NCBI RefSeq assembly: GCF_964204865.1
Contig: NC_135256.1
Coordinates: forward strand, 10,168,001 to 10,232,000
Origin: Styela clava
Taxonomy: Eukaryota
DNA: 64,000 nt
Direction: 5' to 3'
The notes beneath the pieces are model-generated. The model searched no databases. It was not told the origin of the DNA and worked only from the letters and a program-made list of their open reading frames with translations. Position numbers and translations under genes: made by a program. Positions 24,404 to 39,600 of this stretch are shown here, piece by piece; the stretch's first letter is position 1, and each line of letters opens with the position of its first letter.

Positions 24404-27062
24404 GATGCGAGCATGTAACGTTTAGAAAATGCACAAATTATCCCCTATATCTGAAACGTAAAACAACACAAAGGTAAACATATCAGATTGATCTCTGATT
24501 CGCCCGACTGCCATATCTCAGATTTATACCGCCTGTTTGAATTGATTAACGGAATTTTAGGCTTTTATAATTTTAAAACCAAAACATCAACTCGAACAGA
24601 CTAATGTACATTTAAACAAGTTGCACACGCAAACGCTTGAGGCATAATTTTATTCTTAACTGGAATATTGGAGCCTAAGCAACTGTATTTGCCCGGAGGC
24701 GATATCATACAAAAGATACAAAATCATGGCATTCTTTTGCAGCCACCGACATCTTTTTGCCCTTGTACCTATTGCACCTAAACAAATTTAAATACGTAGA
24801 CGTTTGCATCAATGGATAATTCCTCCCCATGGACGTTTGCAGACACCGATATTTGAAACCATGATTTGCATGAACGTACATTTCCACCAGTGGAAATGTT
24901 ATGCTATGGACATTTTCACCCACGGTTATTGGATACGAAGTGGAACTATGTATGGATCGTTTTGTTAATATTTTATCATTCTTCTTCTTGTTGTTACATA
25001 ATGTTGTTACAAGAATCACTTTCCTCATTTACTAATAAACTAATTGCTTTGAAATATCCAGTGGTTTTGGATTGTATTTTTTGCCGGAAGGCTATTACTT
25101 TTATTGATTTCTAAATTTTATATGAATCCTATAAGATCTGATATTTCATCCGAAATTTCACTGTATATTTATTTTCCACGAGAGCACGGTTTTTAATCCG
25201 CTAACCGTGACTGCCGTTTGCGACTTCTTTTGCTTTGGATTTCGTGTCCATATGTTTGAGCATCGCTCGATTGTTTTTACCCACGGATATTTATGCTTCA
25301 AATGAAACTTTAATCACGCTTGACCTTCACTTGGGTTTCCAGGCTCAAAGTCAACAAGGCGCCTATAACATTTGCCGTCGAGTGATGTACATTTAATATT
25401 ATATCTCCATATTTGCTAATGAATAAAAACTCATTACAAAACTGAACGCGACTTCCATCCATCAACTTAGTTCACAACAAAGGCCGGTTCAACTATAGTT
25501 AACTTTGTGGCATGATTACATTTAAACGGGAATACGTTAATTTTGCTGCATTTACTGATAAAGAGGTGAATTAAATGAACTTTATTACACTATAAGACAT
25601 TTGACAGACATACTCAGCATTTACACTTACCTGCCTACAGTAAAACGGGTACTTACAACTATCGGTACAGCTGCGCCAGACGGGATTCTGTGGCAGGCAC
25701 GCTCGAGTAGGTTATTGCTCCCCGATAATGCACACGAGCGAAATCCAGGCCCCGGTCTCTTTTCTCGTGAGATTGGCTGGATAATTGACATTGTCAGTGT
25801 TTGCTTCCTCAGCGGTTCTACGAAATAAGGCGTCTATACACATTTTAAGAACTGCCACAAAAATCAAACCTGTTGTTGATTACGGCAGCCAAGTATACCC
25901 TCTACGGAAAAAGACCATATAACTGTTTCTACACCTGATTGCTTCACTGGTAAGGTTGAAATTTTGTGTTCACAGCCTTACAGGCGGAACAACATACGAC
26001 TCGTATGATATATTCCCCAACTGTTGCGTTTGTTGAAGCATTTTTAAACATATAGTCCTATTTAGACGAAACTAAACCTGAATATCCATAAATTTAAATA
26101 TTCATTCAGTTATATTCCAATAAGAATCCCATGGGATGGGACAGAACGGTCTCACGGACAAGACTGAAAATTGATGAATATATATAATATGATCTCGATG
26201 ATGCTTTTCCCAGTTGCATCAAATTTTTTTTATAATAACTGTGGTTGTGATACTTGTACGTGATAACTCCAAAAGAGAGTATTGAACTTTACTTCGAAGT
26301 TGGAAGGCGTATTGATTATTGATGCAGAGGAAATAAGCTTGCGATTACGAAGAAAACATTTTGTTTAACGGTTATTCACTCATTATATATTCTCAAGATA
26401 AAATACGTTATCATTAAATTATATATATAATGAGAATATGGAAGTTTTGCTGCCTTATCGAGCTAATATTTAAATAACTAGAAAGTTGTCACTTCAGTAT
26501 TAGTATTCCACATCTAACTGTTTAATTGGAGGAAAAGATTTCAATGTTTGAGAAATGAAAATTAAATCGCCGATAGCTCGCCAATCTTGTTCCATGTTTT
26601 TCTCATGCGTCCCTATACATTATCTTGATTACTTGAACAATAAACCTCCACCGTTCATTACTATAAATGTACTTCAAATTAATTCGATATTATTTTTTTC
26701 AGTATGTATGTACCAGGAAGATAAAATGCAATACGAGTCACGACATTAAATATTTTTGGCATCATCATCCACTCACAGATAAGTTTGATTCATATTAAGA
26801 GTATTCAAACAAATCACACTGAAATACAAACAAATACACAAAGAAAATCAGAAATCTGAAAACTCGAATTGGTATATAAAAACGCTCAAATTGTGATGAA
26901 AGGGCACTAATTTCTAATTCGGGAGTATGAGTTTGTGTTCAACCTTAATGGCTCCTGAGGTCCGCCCCTAAGCCTGTGTTCCCATCAACTTGAATGGCTT
27001 TTAATTGATATCTGTATCCTCACTTGTTATGGAAATTTTGTTTTCCATGAGTTTTTCATTCA

Positions 27063-30000
27063 TTATACTTCCACGAATGAGGGGGTTGAATAATTAAATA
27101 ACTTATATTGTTCCCAATATGTTTCATACAAAGCATGCAATTTTTTCATAGGAAGTCCTTCTAAATATGTTCTGTATTTACTTTTCCACTTGTGCCCCAA
27201 TGACTCCGATAAATTCGAATCGCCTGGAGAAATAAAATATTATATTTTATATTCAAATTGTTTTCGTTTATGGTTATTACCATTCTCGCGTATTTCTAAT
27301 GTTATTCACAACAAATCTATCGTCAAACAATTTCTAGCTTCGTTTTGTACACTGCACCGCTAGCGTTCAGAGTTACTATTTACCGAAAATAGGAAAGCCA
27401 TTTATAATTTGAACAAAAAAGGTTTCGTTGGATCTAGGAATATTTGTTTCAGAAAAGTATTGTATTTCAACTTTTTCTCCGTTAATCTCAAATATTTTAA
27501 ACCTGGATGGGTGTCAAGCGATTGCAGTGTTAAGGATAGTCCGTCTGATTTATTATATTTAAATTCTCTCATTAAAAAAAACGTTATTAAACTATGTGCA
27601 TCTTTTCACAGCAGGAGTGACACTCTCGCTCAACAGGAATACTTATTTAGCACTTTTTAATTGAGGAGACTTTATATGCGGCGTGTGCTGGTCCAAGAAC
27701 TTCGTAATAGTTAAACAATTCCTAATTCAAAACGCGGTTGCGCTCGTCTGGCATAAACAAGAGGTGTCGCTCCGGTGTAAAATTTCTGTCGGGCTTGAAT
27801 GGCGAGCTACCGGAGTGCTGTGATGGCGGTTTGTTTGAATACCATCTGATACTCGTCTGCGCGGAGTTGCGCAAGTTACGCTTTTGTATATATTTTTATA
27901 AGAAAGCAGCCTTAGGTAGGATCTTATTACCCAAGAGTTGCGTCGCGACAATCGCGCGTTCGAACAATGATGTTTTTATATTTCAAACAATGATGTTTTT
28001 ATATAGCGGAAATAAGAAGTTCCTGGTAATATAAACGACAAAGTTAGTGGGGGAGGCCCCTCTCAACTGTTTTATATCCCAGTGACGGCTTTGCAGGAAT
28101 GCAGTAATTTTCAGTAAAATATTTGTGCGCCTAAAGCAAACCGAAGCACTTATGTTGAACTGCAGTATTTACATAACAATCAAGTGTGAAACAGGATTTA
28201 TATTTTCGCATGTACAATTTCCATATGATAGAATTTTATAATCTTGATATTGTGATTAAAACTTATACAAAGGCACGACAAAGATTTTTCCTCCATTTTT
28301 TATTTCAATTTATCTTTGACTTTTTGTGGTCTTCAGTTTATCAGTTTCCACATACATTTTCTCAATTATTGATTTTCATTTTATTTCTTTATTCGATATT
28401 TTCATCTGTTGTCTCTTACTAAAACTTTAAATTTTCTGCGTGAGAAATATTTGTCTCCCTACAGGGCACATTGGGATCGTTTTCTCCGAAACAATGACTG
28501 ACCAATCGTTTTTTAAAGCCACTACACTAGTGGAAGATCACTATTTTCATTGTTATTTGTTCTATTAATTTCCTTCGAGTTTTATGAACAATTGTATTTT
28601 TCTAAAAATTTCCCTATTTCTGCAAATATTTCAATGACACGTGGCAGTGCCGGCAGTCAGGGAGATCTCACCGATAACGCTGTGAATTGCTGCGGTGGAA
28701 TATTATTACCAAGTTACATCAAAGTAGCTGCTTTGATGTATATTAAACGGGTGAATACTTACGTTCAAAAAGAAGATCATCACTTATTCCGAATTTTTTA
28801 ACAAGATATTCAGAATCCAAAGCAATTGTCTCTAATTTAACAATGTAATCATATTGAATATGACAAGGATCACATATATCGCTATACGATCTCCAATGGA
28901 TATCATGTTGCTTTGGATTGCTCAATATACTGTCGACAAATTCTTCGAAGCTAGCTGAACCAGGTTGAAAATATTTTGTGTTTTTGTTCTTGGCTGAAAA
29001 GTAAAGAATTATTCGTCATTTCTGAAATTGAGCTGGAGATGAACATGAAGTACTATTTATTGTTCAGTGAATTGAAAAACCATTACCTAGAGTAGGTTTG
29101 TTCAGCTTTAGCTATACCATACGCCATTGGAATGACCAGACTGTATGCCAAAACCTTGTGCTTCGGTAGATATTGGGAACAGTAGTTATGACGCCGCAGC
29201 CAATTTCTCAATGCAGCCCGTTGAAAAACAAAATAGATTCTGAATGAATGCAAAGAAACTTGATCACCCATGCAATAGGCTCTTTGGGACTGAATTTGAG
29301 CATAACTCCATCAAGCTATTCGTTAACCGCTTCAGAAAAAAGGCATGTAGAAGCACAATCACAATTTTATGACTCACCGAATTTCTTATGTATTGTTTTC
29401 GATATTTTTTCATAATATTTTTCACCCGTTCCATCTGGTAACATTTTATCGATGTAAGCAGATACAACACGCTCCAATGGTTCTCTTACTGTCATGATGC
29501 GATAATAATTATTCAGTCGCTTGTTTATCTCGTGATGAGACCCCGGGTTTTTGGGCGGAAATCTTGTCCAAAGAAATCTGTTGTATTTTAAGATAATGTT
29601 GCCGTATTTACGTTGTAGTCCAATTTTCGTAGGATATAGTAGAATGGAAACATCTATTAATTTATTTCTACTTTTTTTAATATTCCATTTTCAATGTAGT
29701 GTTTTATGAAAAAGGAAAAAATGCACAGCTACGCATGTGTGATTATAAACAAATTATTATCAAAAAGCACAAGATTAGGATAATGTAGTCGCTGGTGCTC
29801 CAAAAGAATTTTTTTACCTAATTATTCAGAATTTTTTTCCTAATTTCCCTACGCCTTGCTTCTGTGTGAAGTATCTGTGATTGAGCACGCGAATGTTATT
29901 ATAGTTTGGATGATACTCTTTCAAAAGGCTACAAATATTAGACTCCATTGATTAGGTACAGTGTCATCACTGTGTCTATTGTCTGGTCTCTCTAAAATTT

Positions 30001-32411
30001 GTTTATTTATCACACGTGACTTTTTTACAATATTGCATCTCCTGCTATGAATGAATCGATTTACCTCGATAACAAATTGGAAGTTAATAAATGCGGCGCC
30101 AATAGTAATTTAATACCAGGTTAAATTCAATGTAGCGTTATAATACCAAATCTCCACCCGTAATATATTTCGCGAAACGCAGGATATAATTGAAGTAAGT
30201 TTTACCGCTTGTCGCGAGCCAAGGTGAAAGATTCTTCATGTTCAATTTCACTCATGGAAGTTGCATTTACATCTCTTTCCACGATAAGCAATGTTTTCCT
30301 CCATCTTGTGCTTCCGCATTTAGGAACTTCACATAGTATCATCTGCAATTAAAGGCCAAACCTACAAGCGAATGCTAGATTGTATGTTGCACAATATCAG
30401 TAGCAACAGTCAAATTTTGTGTAGTTATGCAGTTCATATCTTTTTAATTATCAAGACAGTCTTGCCAAAAAAACTTCAAAAAAAAAAACAAAAGAACTAA
30501 TCATTGCCTTTATCCTGTCCAGAGGTCAAAGCAAGCCGACCATCCCAACTACAGTACCATATTCGGTGAACTATAGAGTCTATTCGACAAATAAACAACT
30601 CAGTTTCACCCACAACTAAACCTTTCTAACAAAATACGGAAACAAAATTTACCTTCAGTTTATCTGAGTAGTATAAAAGAGGTCTAGAGTAGTCTATTTT
30701 GTGCATCCATGTGGATACATTCAGGGTTAAATTTCCAGAATACCCATATCCAAGTTTATTGCAGTACTTTCTTAAATGTGAATTCCGTTGTTTGATCAGC
30801 TTCAACATATTCCATTTTTCTACTTCAGATGTAATGTCAAATTGCAATCCTCGTTTCTGAAATTTAAAATAAAGTATATTGGGATTTGAATGCATATGAA
30901 TAATTGTTCTATTTGGAAAATCTGGAGCCATGACTCCAGCTTTGCATACACATGTGCACAGTACCGGATTTATCATTGTGCAAAGTGGAATGAAGCCTAA
31001 GGGCCTCGCGCTTCAGGGGGTGTCGACATCCAATTTTTTCCAACGATTATTCATTTTTGAATTGGAAAAGAATTCATCTGCTCAAAATTTTCTTATACTA
31101 ACCTTTTATTTATATTTTTATTTGGGGTAATATTTTTTGTCGCAAATTTTTTCCGTTTACAAGGTTAAATTAAATACCGTCGAATTATTGATTTTTTTTC
31201 TGAAATTGAAAATTCTACCCATTAACTTCACAAAATATGCTAATTTAAATTAATTACACAGTTTTTTACCCTAATAATGTCGTTATTTTTGAAAGGGGTG
31301 GTCAAATATTAATATATAGCCATAACAAATTATCTCAGAATATTTATTTTTTCTCAGCTATTTTCGGATTTCGCAGTTTTTACACTAATGCTAACGTGAT
31401 TTTGAAATATTGATATATAGCTATGCTAAATTATATGATAATATTTACTTTTTTTTTTTTGAAAAAAACTATCTTCAGATTTTTTTAGTAGACCCGTTTG
31501 ATACACATATTATTTATCAGCCATTGAGATTACCAGACTGCTTTAAAGTGCTAAATTTTTCATGCACAAATTTTCAAAAAATAATGAAGTTTCAACTGGT
31601 TTCTATTCTCTAGGAGTGTGACACACCTTTGGATTCCTAATCTGAGATTGGAATATGACACCGCAATGAATAACAGCGCCCACTGAAGCATGAGCGTTCA
31701 ACATAACCGTGTTGTCTCTGAAGGTCAACGATCCCTGCATCGCTAAACCTAATATCTGTCGCCATGGTGTAATAAACTTGGTAGGTTGTGCACAAACCGG
31801 GAAGTTTACAGTTTTCCTGTATCTCGATATGCACCAGTGTGTATGCTTGTCCAAATCATTGTTCGACATGGTGATGTGAAGGAATATTTATGCTAATTGC
31901 TAATTTCACTTTTGATTGAAGAGATACTCTGTGGCCACATTTTCCCAAATATAAAATAAAGCAATAAAAATCATTTTAATAAGTTTCAAACCTGGGAAAT
32001 CTGAAAGATTCTAGACAAGTAGAATTGTAGCAATAATCCAGCCAGGAAAATTAATAATACTACGGAAAGAAGTTTCTTAATATTTAGATTCAAAGGCATC
32101 TGAAAAATTGATATTTAGTATAAATCCCGGTTTGGTTTGCTCATTTGGAAATTATGGCATCCATCGAAAGATCTTCAAATCTGATTCCGAAAGCACTAAC
32201 TCATTTGAATATGACTAATGGAGATCTGCATGTATTGTAGTGTCTCCCACTGGAAAAGGGGGACTCAAACAGTCATCATTTGGTGAACAGAAACTCTTTA
32301 TATTCTTACATTTATTTAATAGAACACTTCGGTATAGAATATAAAGCAAACGCCTATTGAGACTATTATAAGGCTGCATACCAGAATGTTTGATGCCCCC
32401 CTCAATAACAT
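27063..32411 (-). CDS. ST-D: CHST11-like carbohydrate sulfotransferase, ~338 aa
   Basis: Exons 30856-30653, 30342-30206 (CEVPKCGSTRWRK), 29577-29378, 28993-28763 and 27223-27063 (TAA) are clear. Exon 1 at 32411-32328 (MLLRGASNILVCSLIIVSIGVCFIFYTE) is 84 nt like ST-C and ST-F, but has a weak GTGTTC donor and is less certain. Confidence 0.85.
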
Positions 32412-33694
32412 GTTGATGAACTGTATACAGTAAAAATTTGCGCTGGCTGTTTCACATACCGTTATGATCCGACTGCAAAGCATTCTTCCAAGATATCCTT
32501 TCGGGGCATATTGACATAATGAAAAGTAGAGTTTCATGTTACAGTTGGAAAGAATGTTGACATGACTGTGTTGTACATTAATATTAAAATATTGGACGCT
32601 GGTCGACCCTTCTGCAGCTCGACACCCATTTTAATAGAACCCTCATTTGACCTGTAGTAATATCTGTAATGGTTTGCCAAGCTTTACAGTAGAGCTGTGC
32701 TGTGATTGACATTATTCAACCATTGGGAATAATACATATTATATCCTTACACTTCAATTGCGAAACGCACTATATCGCCAAAAATACTGTCAGGAATAGT
32801 TTAAAATAACAGGCATTTTCCGCCCTTTTGATACTCTGTATAAGTCTTATACTTGAAAGGAAATCATTCAAATAATAATTAAAACCATATATTTATTCCT
32901 ATTTCGGACTCTTACTCTTGTAGGCACTCCTATATATTACAGTTTCAGAATCGCTGTGTGAATCTGTCGGCCCACAAGCAAGTAAATGCGAACAGACAAG
33001 TGGGCTTCAAATTACAATTGACGCTTTCGTAATTCTTATTCATCATTTGTTCGGCTTTTGTTAAGGACGGCAATGGGCGCATGGGTCGGGTTTTGCTAAG
33101 ATAGTAAGTATATCTGTAATAGGTTCTATACGAAGCGGACCAATGTATCGTTTAAACTTGTTCTTGGGGATAGGGTTGTTGTGGAAATATCAATTAATAA
33201 TAATAATTGAGGTTGTACAAATATGGATATGAGTATTCAATTCATTTTTCTAATATCAAAGTTTTTTTGAGATTGAAGCTAATAAGAAACGTTTTTGGTA
33301 TTTTTTTGTGATGTGTCTACAATCTTTCTGTTTTTGTGGAACTATCCGCAATCTTAATATCAGGTCTAAACTAAGTAAGTCGTGCTGAGTGAAACAACAT
33401 TATTTGAAGACAATATATAGCAGCATAAAATCTGAGGTGTTCTGATGTTTTTTACAATGTATATTTTGGAACAGAAATATATAGACATAAAATATTATAT
33501 TTGTACAATTGTTTTGGCCAATGAATAATAGGCGGAATTATAAAATAGTTGACACGGTCTTATATACATAATGCAATTAACATATGACATGCACCACCAA
33601 GAAAATAATAAATGACTACCGTGAATCGGAATTGATTGTCAGTAAAAATAAACGTTGTAAGTCTAATAGTAATTAATTTAGAATAATTTTTTTT

Positions 33695-36600
33695 TTATCG
33701 TTCTTCAAATACGACTTCAAACGCATGCGGACCGTGTACCGCTCCATATATTCCTTCATCAAAGGAAGGTAGCGACTTTTTATCAGGTGGTGACATTTTG
33801 TACTTTTGAACAATACTGACCAAAACTAAGAAAATATTTTTCAATGCCAATCGTTTTCCTGGACAAAATCGAGGCCCAGTGGAAAAGGCAATAACTTTGT
33901 CACAGTGGACAAAACGGTTGTTGGAGTCAATAAATCTCTCCGGTTTGAAATCATAAGGATTCTTGAAGTATTTTGGGTCGTGGTGAACTGCCCAAATGTT
34001 AATGGCTACCTGTAAAAGTAAGTCGACATTATAATTTTTTATAAACTAAAAGTTTTTTTGTAAAATAGTATTACTCATTGGTTCACTACTATTATGGTAC
34101 GGGGACATACATGGAATCGACGTAGAAATATAAATTCATTCCTGAATGCAAAACTGTTTTTCGAGCATACACGGTTGACGCTAATGATATGTGATTGTCA
34201 TGCAAAGCTTAAAGTTGTCTAACCACATTAGGAAGGTGTTGAGTTTTAGTGTTAGTAAAATTGGTGCGAACATAAATAATTATTATTATGATTCTATTAA
34301 TAGTATCTGGTGATTTAAAATTTGAGTATTGACCATTTTAAGCCATTTACCGATATATAGAGTTACGAAACAGGCGGTTTTCTGGTCAGAGGTAATATTT
34401 GACATCATAAATAGCGTTGGAGACTAAATTAACTACAACCAGTAACATCGTTGCAATTATAACTTTCGATTCAACATTGCATAATTTTAGAATCATCGCT
34501 CTTAGTTGTTTACTTTTTTGTCTTTTTGTGTTTCAGTGTTCACTTCTTTCACTTAATGCTTACCGTACTATCTTTTGGCAGTCGATATCTGCCGAGATTT
34601 GTGCTTTCGATAGTTCTTCGTAGTGACAGTGGAATTATGGGACGGAATCTTAAAACCTCTTCTATATAAGCTTCAGTAAACGGCATTTCCTTTCGATGTT
34701 CAGTATTGAGTGTGTTTGACCCTGGAACACACAAATGTTTATATGACAAATTTGTGTCTGTTAAAAATATTTGTCAATCTTTGTTCTTTTGAGGTTGTTA
34801 TGCATAAAAATGTAATAAAAAAAAAAAAAAAAAAATGCTTATTTGTTATGTAACAGTACTGTACGTATAACTGAAATATGCACTCAATTTAGAGTACATC
34901 AAAGTAACAATTATACCGCACAAACAAATTGAAAATATTTATTTGCAATTCGATGCAATTCATATATGCAACATCAATACCTATTTAAAAATCCTCTAGT
35001 TACAAATATATGGCCATTCATATTATAGCCAATACTGAAATACAATTGAAAACTTGTTGCACTTAGTGAGAAAGGGGTAATTGTGCTTATAGCAGAATCA
35101 TAATTCTAACTACTGAAAAACTATGCGTGAAAAGCGTTCCTACTCACCGATTACTCCATTTATTTCTCTCCACATTCTATCTTGATATTCAGGACAATGC
35201 AAAAGCCCGAGAATGCACCAGCAAATTGCATTTGATGTTGTATCTATACTGGCTCCATAAATTTCATGGGCATTTTGAACCAGTTGTTCTTCCTATTACA
35301 AAAAATGAATGTACTATATCACGAATAAATATTCTTTAAGCCAGTCTAATTACACTTTCTGGATTATTCGGGAGTTATTTTATTAATTTTTTCAGAATGA
35401 AGAAAATTTTCTCGATTTTAATTTATACTAATTGGAACAAAAAAGTTGTTTACTGAACAGTATAACAAAATTGCAAAAATGCCAGTAGAAATTTCTGGTA
35501 TATTCAGACACATTTATTTTCTTTGTAATTCTAGGGACATTGTTCCACAAAAGTTGTTACGCATTGGATCAGATTAATTGCGCATATTTGGTGCTTCGTT
35601 ATAGTCGCAAATACTCCGAAAAGTAACCTAAAAATTAGGTTTTCTGTTTCGAGTAGTGTAACTTCTCTTTGAATTATATTTATGAATACTGTATTCTAAT
35701 TTTGCATCATTGACGCAAATTCTATTCATAGGAAATGGAGAAAATGTCTCAACCTATAAAATTAATCTTCCAGTATTCATTATGCACGTATCAACTATTA
35801 ATAAATATATTTTGTCTACGATAAAACATGCGTACGTATCAATCAATCACATGAGCGATGTGTCTGTTTATCTATGTTTTAGGCGAGGACTAATGTATAA
35901 AAAAATGTGTTGCAAAAAAATATAATTTTATATGAAGGAATAATATAAAGGAAGTGCGGGCCATGCCTGACAAACAAAAATTCCAGAGATGAAAAATCTA
36001 CTTGAAGATATTTGTTTTATCGATAATGAGGCGAAAGTTTCCGTTCTTAAGAAATTTGAAGTGTATACCTGACAATTGAGCACATACTTGCGGTGGTCTT
36101 AATTAGGAACAACGTAAATAAACTCACTTCAAAATATTCCAGAATTTGACTTAATTAGCACATGTTTAAATCAATTTTTTTTCCAAACAATAGCATCCGT
36201 AAAGAAAGAAATGTAAGCATGGCTCGAGTTCGGATTGCGATGAGTGTGCTTTTCGGCCGCATATTCAAATTAACAATAAATTTCGATACGGTACGATTTG
36301 ATCGTGCATGAGGGACTATTCAAACGACTTTAAGCGAAAAGAGCTATGCTCAACTATCCGACATTCGCTGAGCACGAGATCCGCTGATTTGCGTTCGCGA
36401 ACCGCCACAAGGTGCGCAAATTGCCATGGTGTCATAGCACACAAAAAAATCGAATCGCACAGAACTCACAGAAATATTTGAAATAAATAAAAGTAATACC
36501 CTTCGAGCAAAAATACAATCCTTAACCACTAAAAATTTCAAAGCAATTGGTCCAGTAATTAAAGAAAAAAGCGAACCTTTCATAACGACAGGAAGAAAAA

Positions 36601-39600
36601 TTGTAACATAGAGAACAAGAACAACATAATAACAGAACGATTCATAGGTCCACTCTGTGTTCAATAATACCACATGGAATTAAAGAAAGTAAAGGATGAC
36701 ACGATATTTCCTATAATATGAAATTTACTTCACAATAAAATCGAAAGAAAATAATTCTTGTAAATAATACCAAAATACGATCTCATTTCTTGAAATATTA
36801 AAATACATTGTTCTGTCTGATGGAAACTTTCATAGGCCAGATAGAGACAACACGTTTTCGAGATATTTCGTAATGTTGCAACGAAAACAAGGGCTGCTGA
36901 ACAATTTTAAGTGACAAGCGGAATATCTATTGCGTCTCGAAGTAAATTCATAATTTTTGATGCGAAGGGTCGTTAGAATTATATAATGAAGCCCATTACC
37001 TACGCTTTAATTTATTGAGTGTGATCTTCCTTGATTTATTCGTTATCTCAACCACGTACTTCAATTAGGCCTCTATTTCGGTCGATTTATTTTCGTTTAT
37101 TTCTTCGCAAAATATCGTCAAATAGGGAACGTCTTCTATAAACGAAATCGCCGTAAAAACGCGTTACAATGACGATTACGTTCCCCCGTAATGGTTCAAC
37201 TCTGCAAGTGCGTCTATATTTGATTACAAGCACATAGCTTTAGGCAAAGGGAAAGTTTGAATAAACATCCTCAGGAAATCGAAAGTAGAATTAATGCGGT
37301 TTTACTTCTTTGCAATGATTTTGTTTTCCAAAAACGCAATGGTAGAACAGTTACACTATTTAAAACGAGGTAAATGCTTCCTACTTACATTGAATAATTC
37401 TGTTTGATTTTCGCTTTGCATTTTATCGAGAAATTTGTCGATATAATTTGAATACGTTCCACGAATTTCTGGCTGTTTTTTTCTTTCTTCTTTTTTCCGA
37501 CGTATCGATGCTAGCATTCAATATAATTCATTTTTATATAATATTTTGTATCATAAGACATAAAATACACAGAAAATTAGGACACCTGACCACGCAAAAA
37601 ATAATAATGTCATGTATCTTAGTGCTACGGCTTGTGATTGAATGGCTGCAGAAGGTAAAATTCTGTCATCATAAGGTGAGTTATGAGTATAGTACAATAA
37701 AACTCGCATTGATGTACCCGCACTAAGATAGGGAATTGAAGTGCCAGTTATCACTAAAGTACAGTTTTAAAACTTTTAAATGCAAATAAAAGTACTTACT
37801 TTCTTCGTAGTGGAAATTAGCCAGAAATTTTTTATAACGTCCGTTGAGTGGAGGAAGAAATCGAGCCCAGTACGCAAAAGTAACCAGAGGAATAAACGGA
37901 TCATTTCCACTGAGAAAAAAATATTTAAAAATAAATATACAATAAGAACAACAGGATTTATGGAAATTTAGCATAATCTTATTTATTCTACAATAAATTA
38001 TCGAATATGGCCGAAATGTTCGTTTCTATAGGGTAAATTAGTGCGTTTAAATAGTATTTCGTGGAATATTATTACTCCCCATAATGCGAGTAAGGTTACT
38101 CAGCAACGGACTCAAAATAAAAATTATTACCCGACACAAATTTATTATTGTTTCCGGTTTTGAAAGCCACGGCATTTTTGTTGAAGCGCCACATGTGGAA
38201 TAAAACAAAAGTACCATAGTTTTAGTACAAAAAAGGTAAAAACCAATCTGTTTATTAGCTAACACGTGTGTAATAAAAATCTAATTCATATTCCTAAGCT
38301 TATAAATATTTTGAACATCATTGGCTCGAACTTAGAATATGGTAATGGGATTGCAAAATTTACAATATTTACCATAAGAAGCACTTACTTTTGCTTTGTG
38401 CACTTGTATATAGCATTGAATTCTGGGTCATCGTAAGAAGATCTTTCTCCATATACCAGACAGAAAGCGGCATTTGCAATGGCTTTGTGTATGAGATCCT
38501 GTTATTTTGAAAATAAAATTAATAACATATTTCATTTGTATGTTGTTTATCAAATCAAATCTATGTTTCGTTGTTTCCGTTCGTATTATGTATTTATTAT
38601 TGAGTGAATGAAAAATGATTTTTGGCAAAGGAACGTAATTCAACTGAGATGTGATTTTGGGATCTTAGCGCGAAAGAGGCATCCGGTGCATAGCCACATC
38701 TCTTGTACTTTGAGCATTTCAACCTTTTTGACATTGAAGTTACGTATATGTATCACACACTTAATTAGCATGTCCTAACACACGCCTTAATCAACAGGTT
38801 CTACTAAACACGATAATTCATTTTAGTTTACGAACCTCGCAATTTACTTGCTTGTTTTTCTTTTCTTTTATGAATTGAAACATGTGGTCGATTTCTTCTT
38901 TTATAACAGAGGTCCCGGATGTCATTCTGAATCTGAATGTAATATTTTAACATACAATGAACAGTAATTTTTTGGGCTTTCTAGAAACTAATATTTGAAG
39001 ATTATATTATATTTGGTAATGGATTCAATTTGTGGCGATGTTTGTAAGTTATAATAGGATAAATCAAGTTACGTATTTATTTTCAATACCCCCGGAAAAA
39101 AAGAAGTGAAAACTTAATACTACTCAACAACCCCCCTCATCTAATATAATTTAGTAGCGATTGTTATTTTTTAATTTCATATAACTTCTTCGCTTTGCCC
39201 AATAATTGAGCTCTACTTCGTCTACAACATTTATTCTTTTTGTTCAAATATTTATTGCATTGCAAACTCAAATGATATAAGCTAAAACGCAACTGCTATG
39301 ATATATTTGTGAAAAGTTGGCCACACAAGGTATATATACAATTATCGGACACTCACTCATTGATGGCGTTGATTCCGAAATTTCTGAAAACACTATGTTT
39401 CAATCCATCAACAAAAGCAAACCCATTTCCATTACATAGTTCTTCAAAAAATCTGCTTTTTGGTCGACCGGAGAATATTTTGTATTGCTTCACAAGAGCC
39501 TGAATTGTAATATATTGAAATTTTACTTTTTGTAGTGAAGCTAAAAATAAATATCTATTAATCGCTATAAGAATATTTACTCACGAACTTAACCAGCCTA

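Noticed and set aside
27660-28100. GC-richer overlapping ORFs (27738-28034) in ST-D intron 5 as a nested gene
   Set aside because: No recognisable domain or splice structure. It lies in a ~1-kb segment missing from the ST-C intron and is probably an unclassified insertion.
34814-34835. AATAAA plus poly(A) as a retrocopy tail
   Set aside because: No TSD or upstream retro-element body is visible. It may simply be an intronic U-tract.
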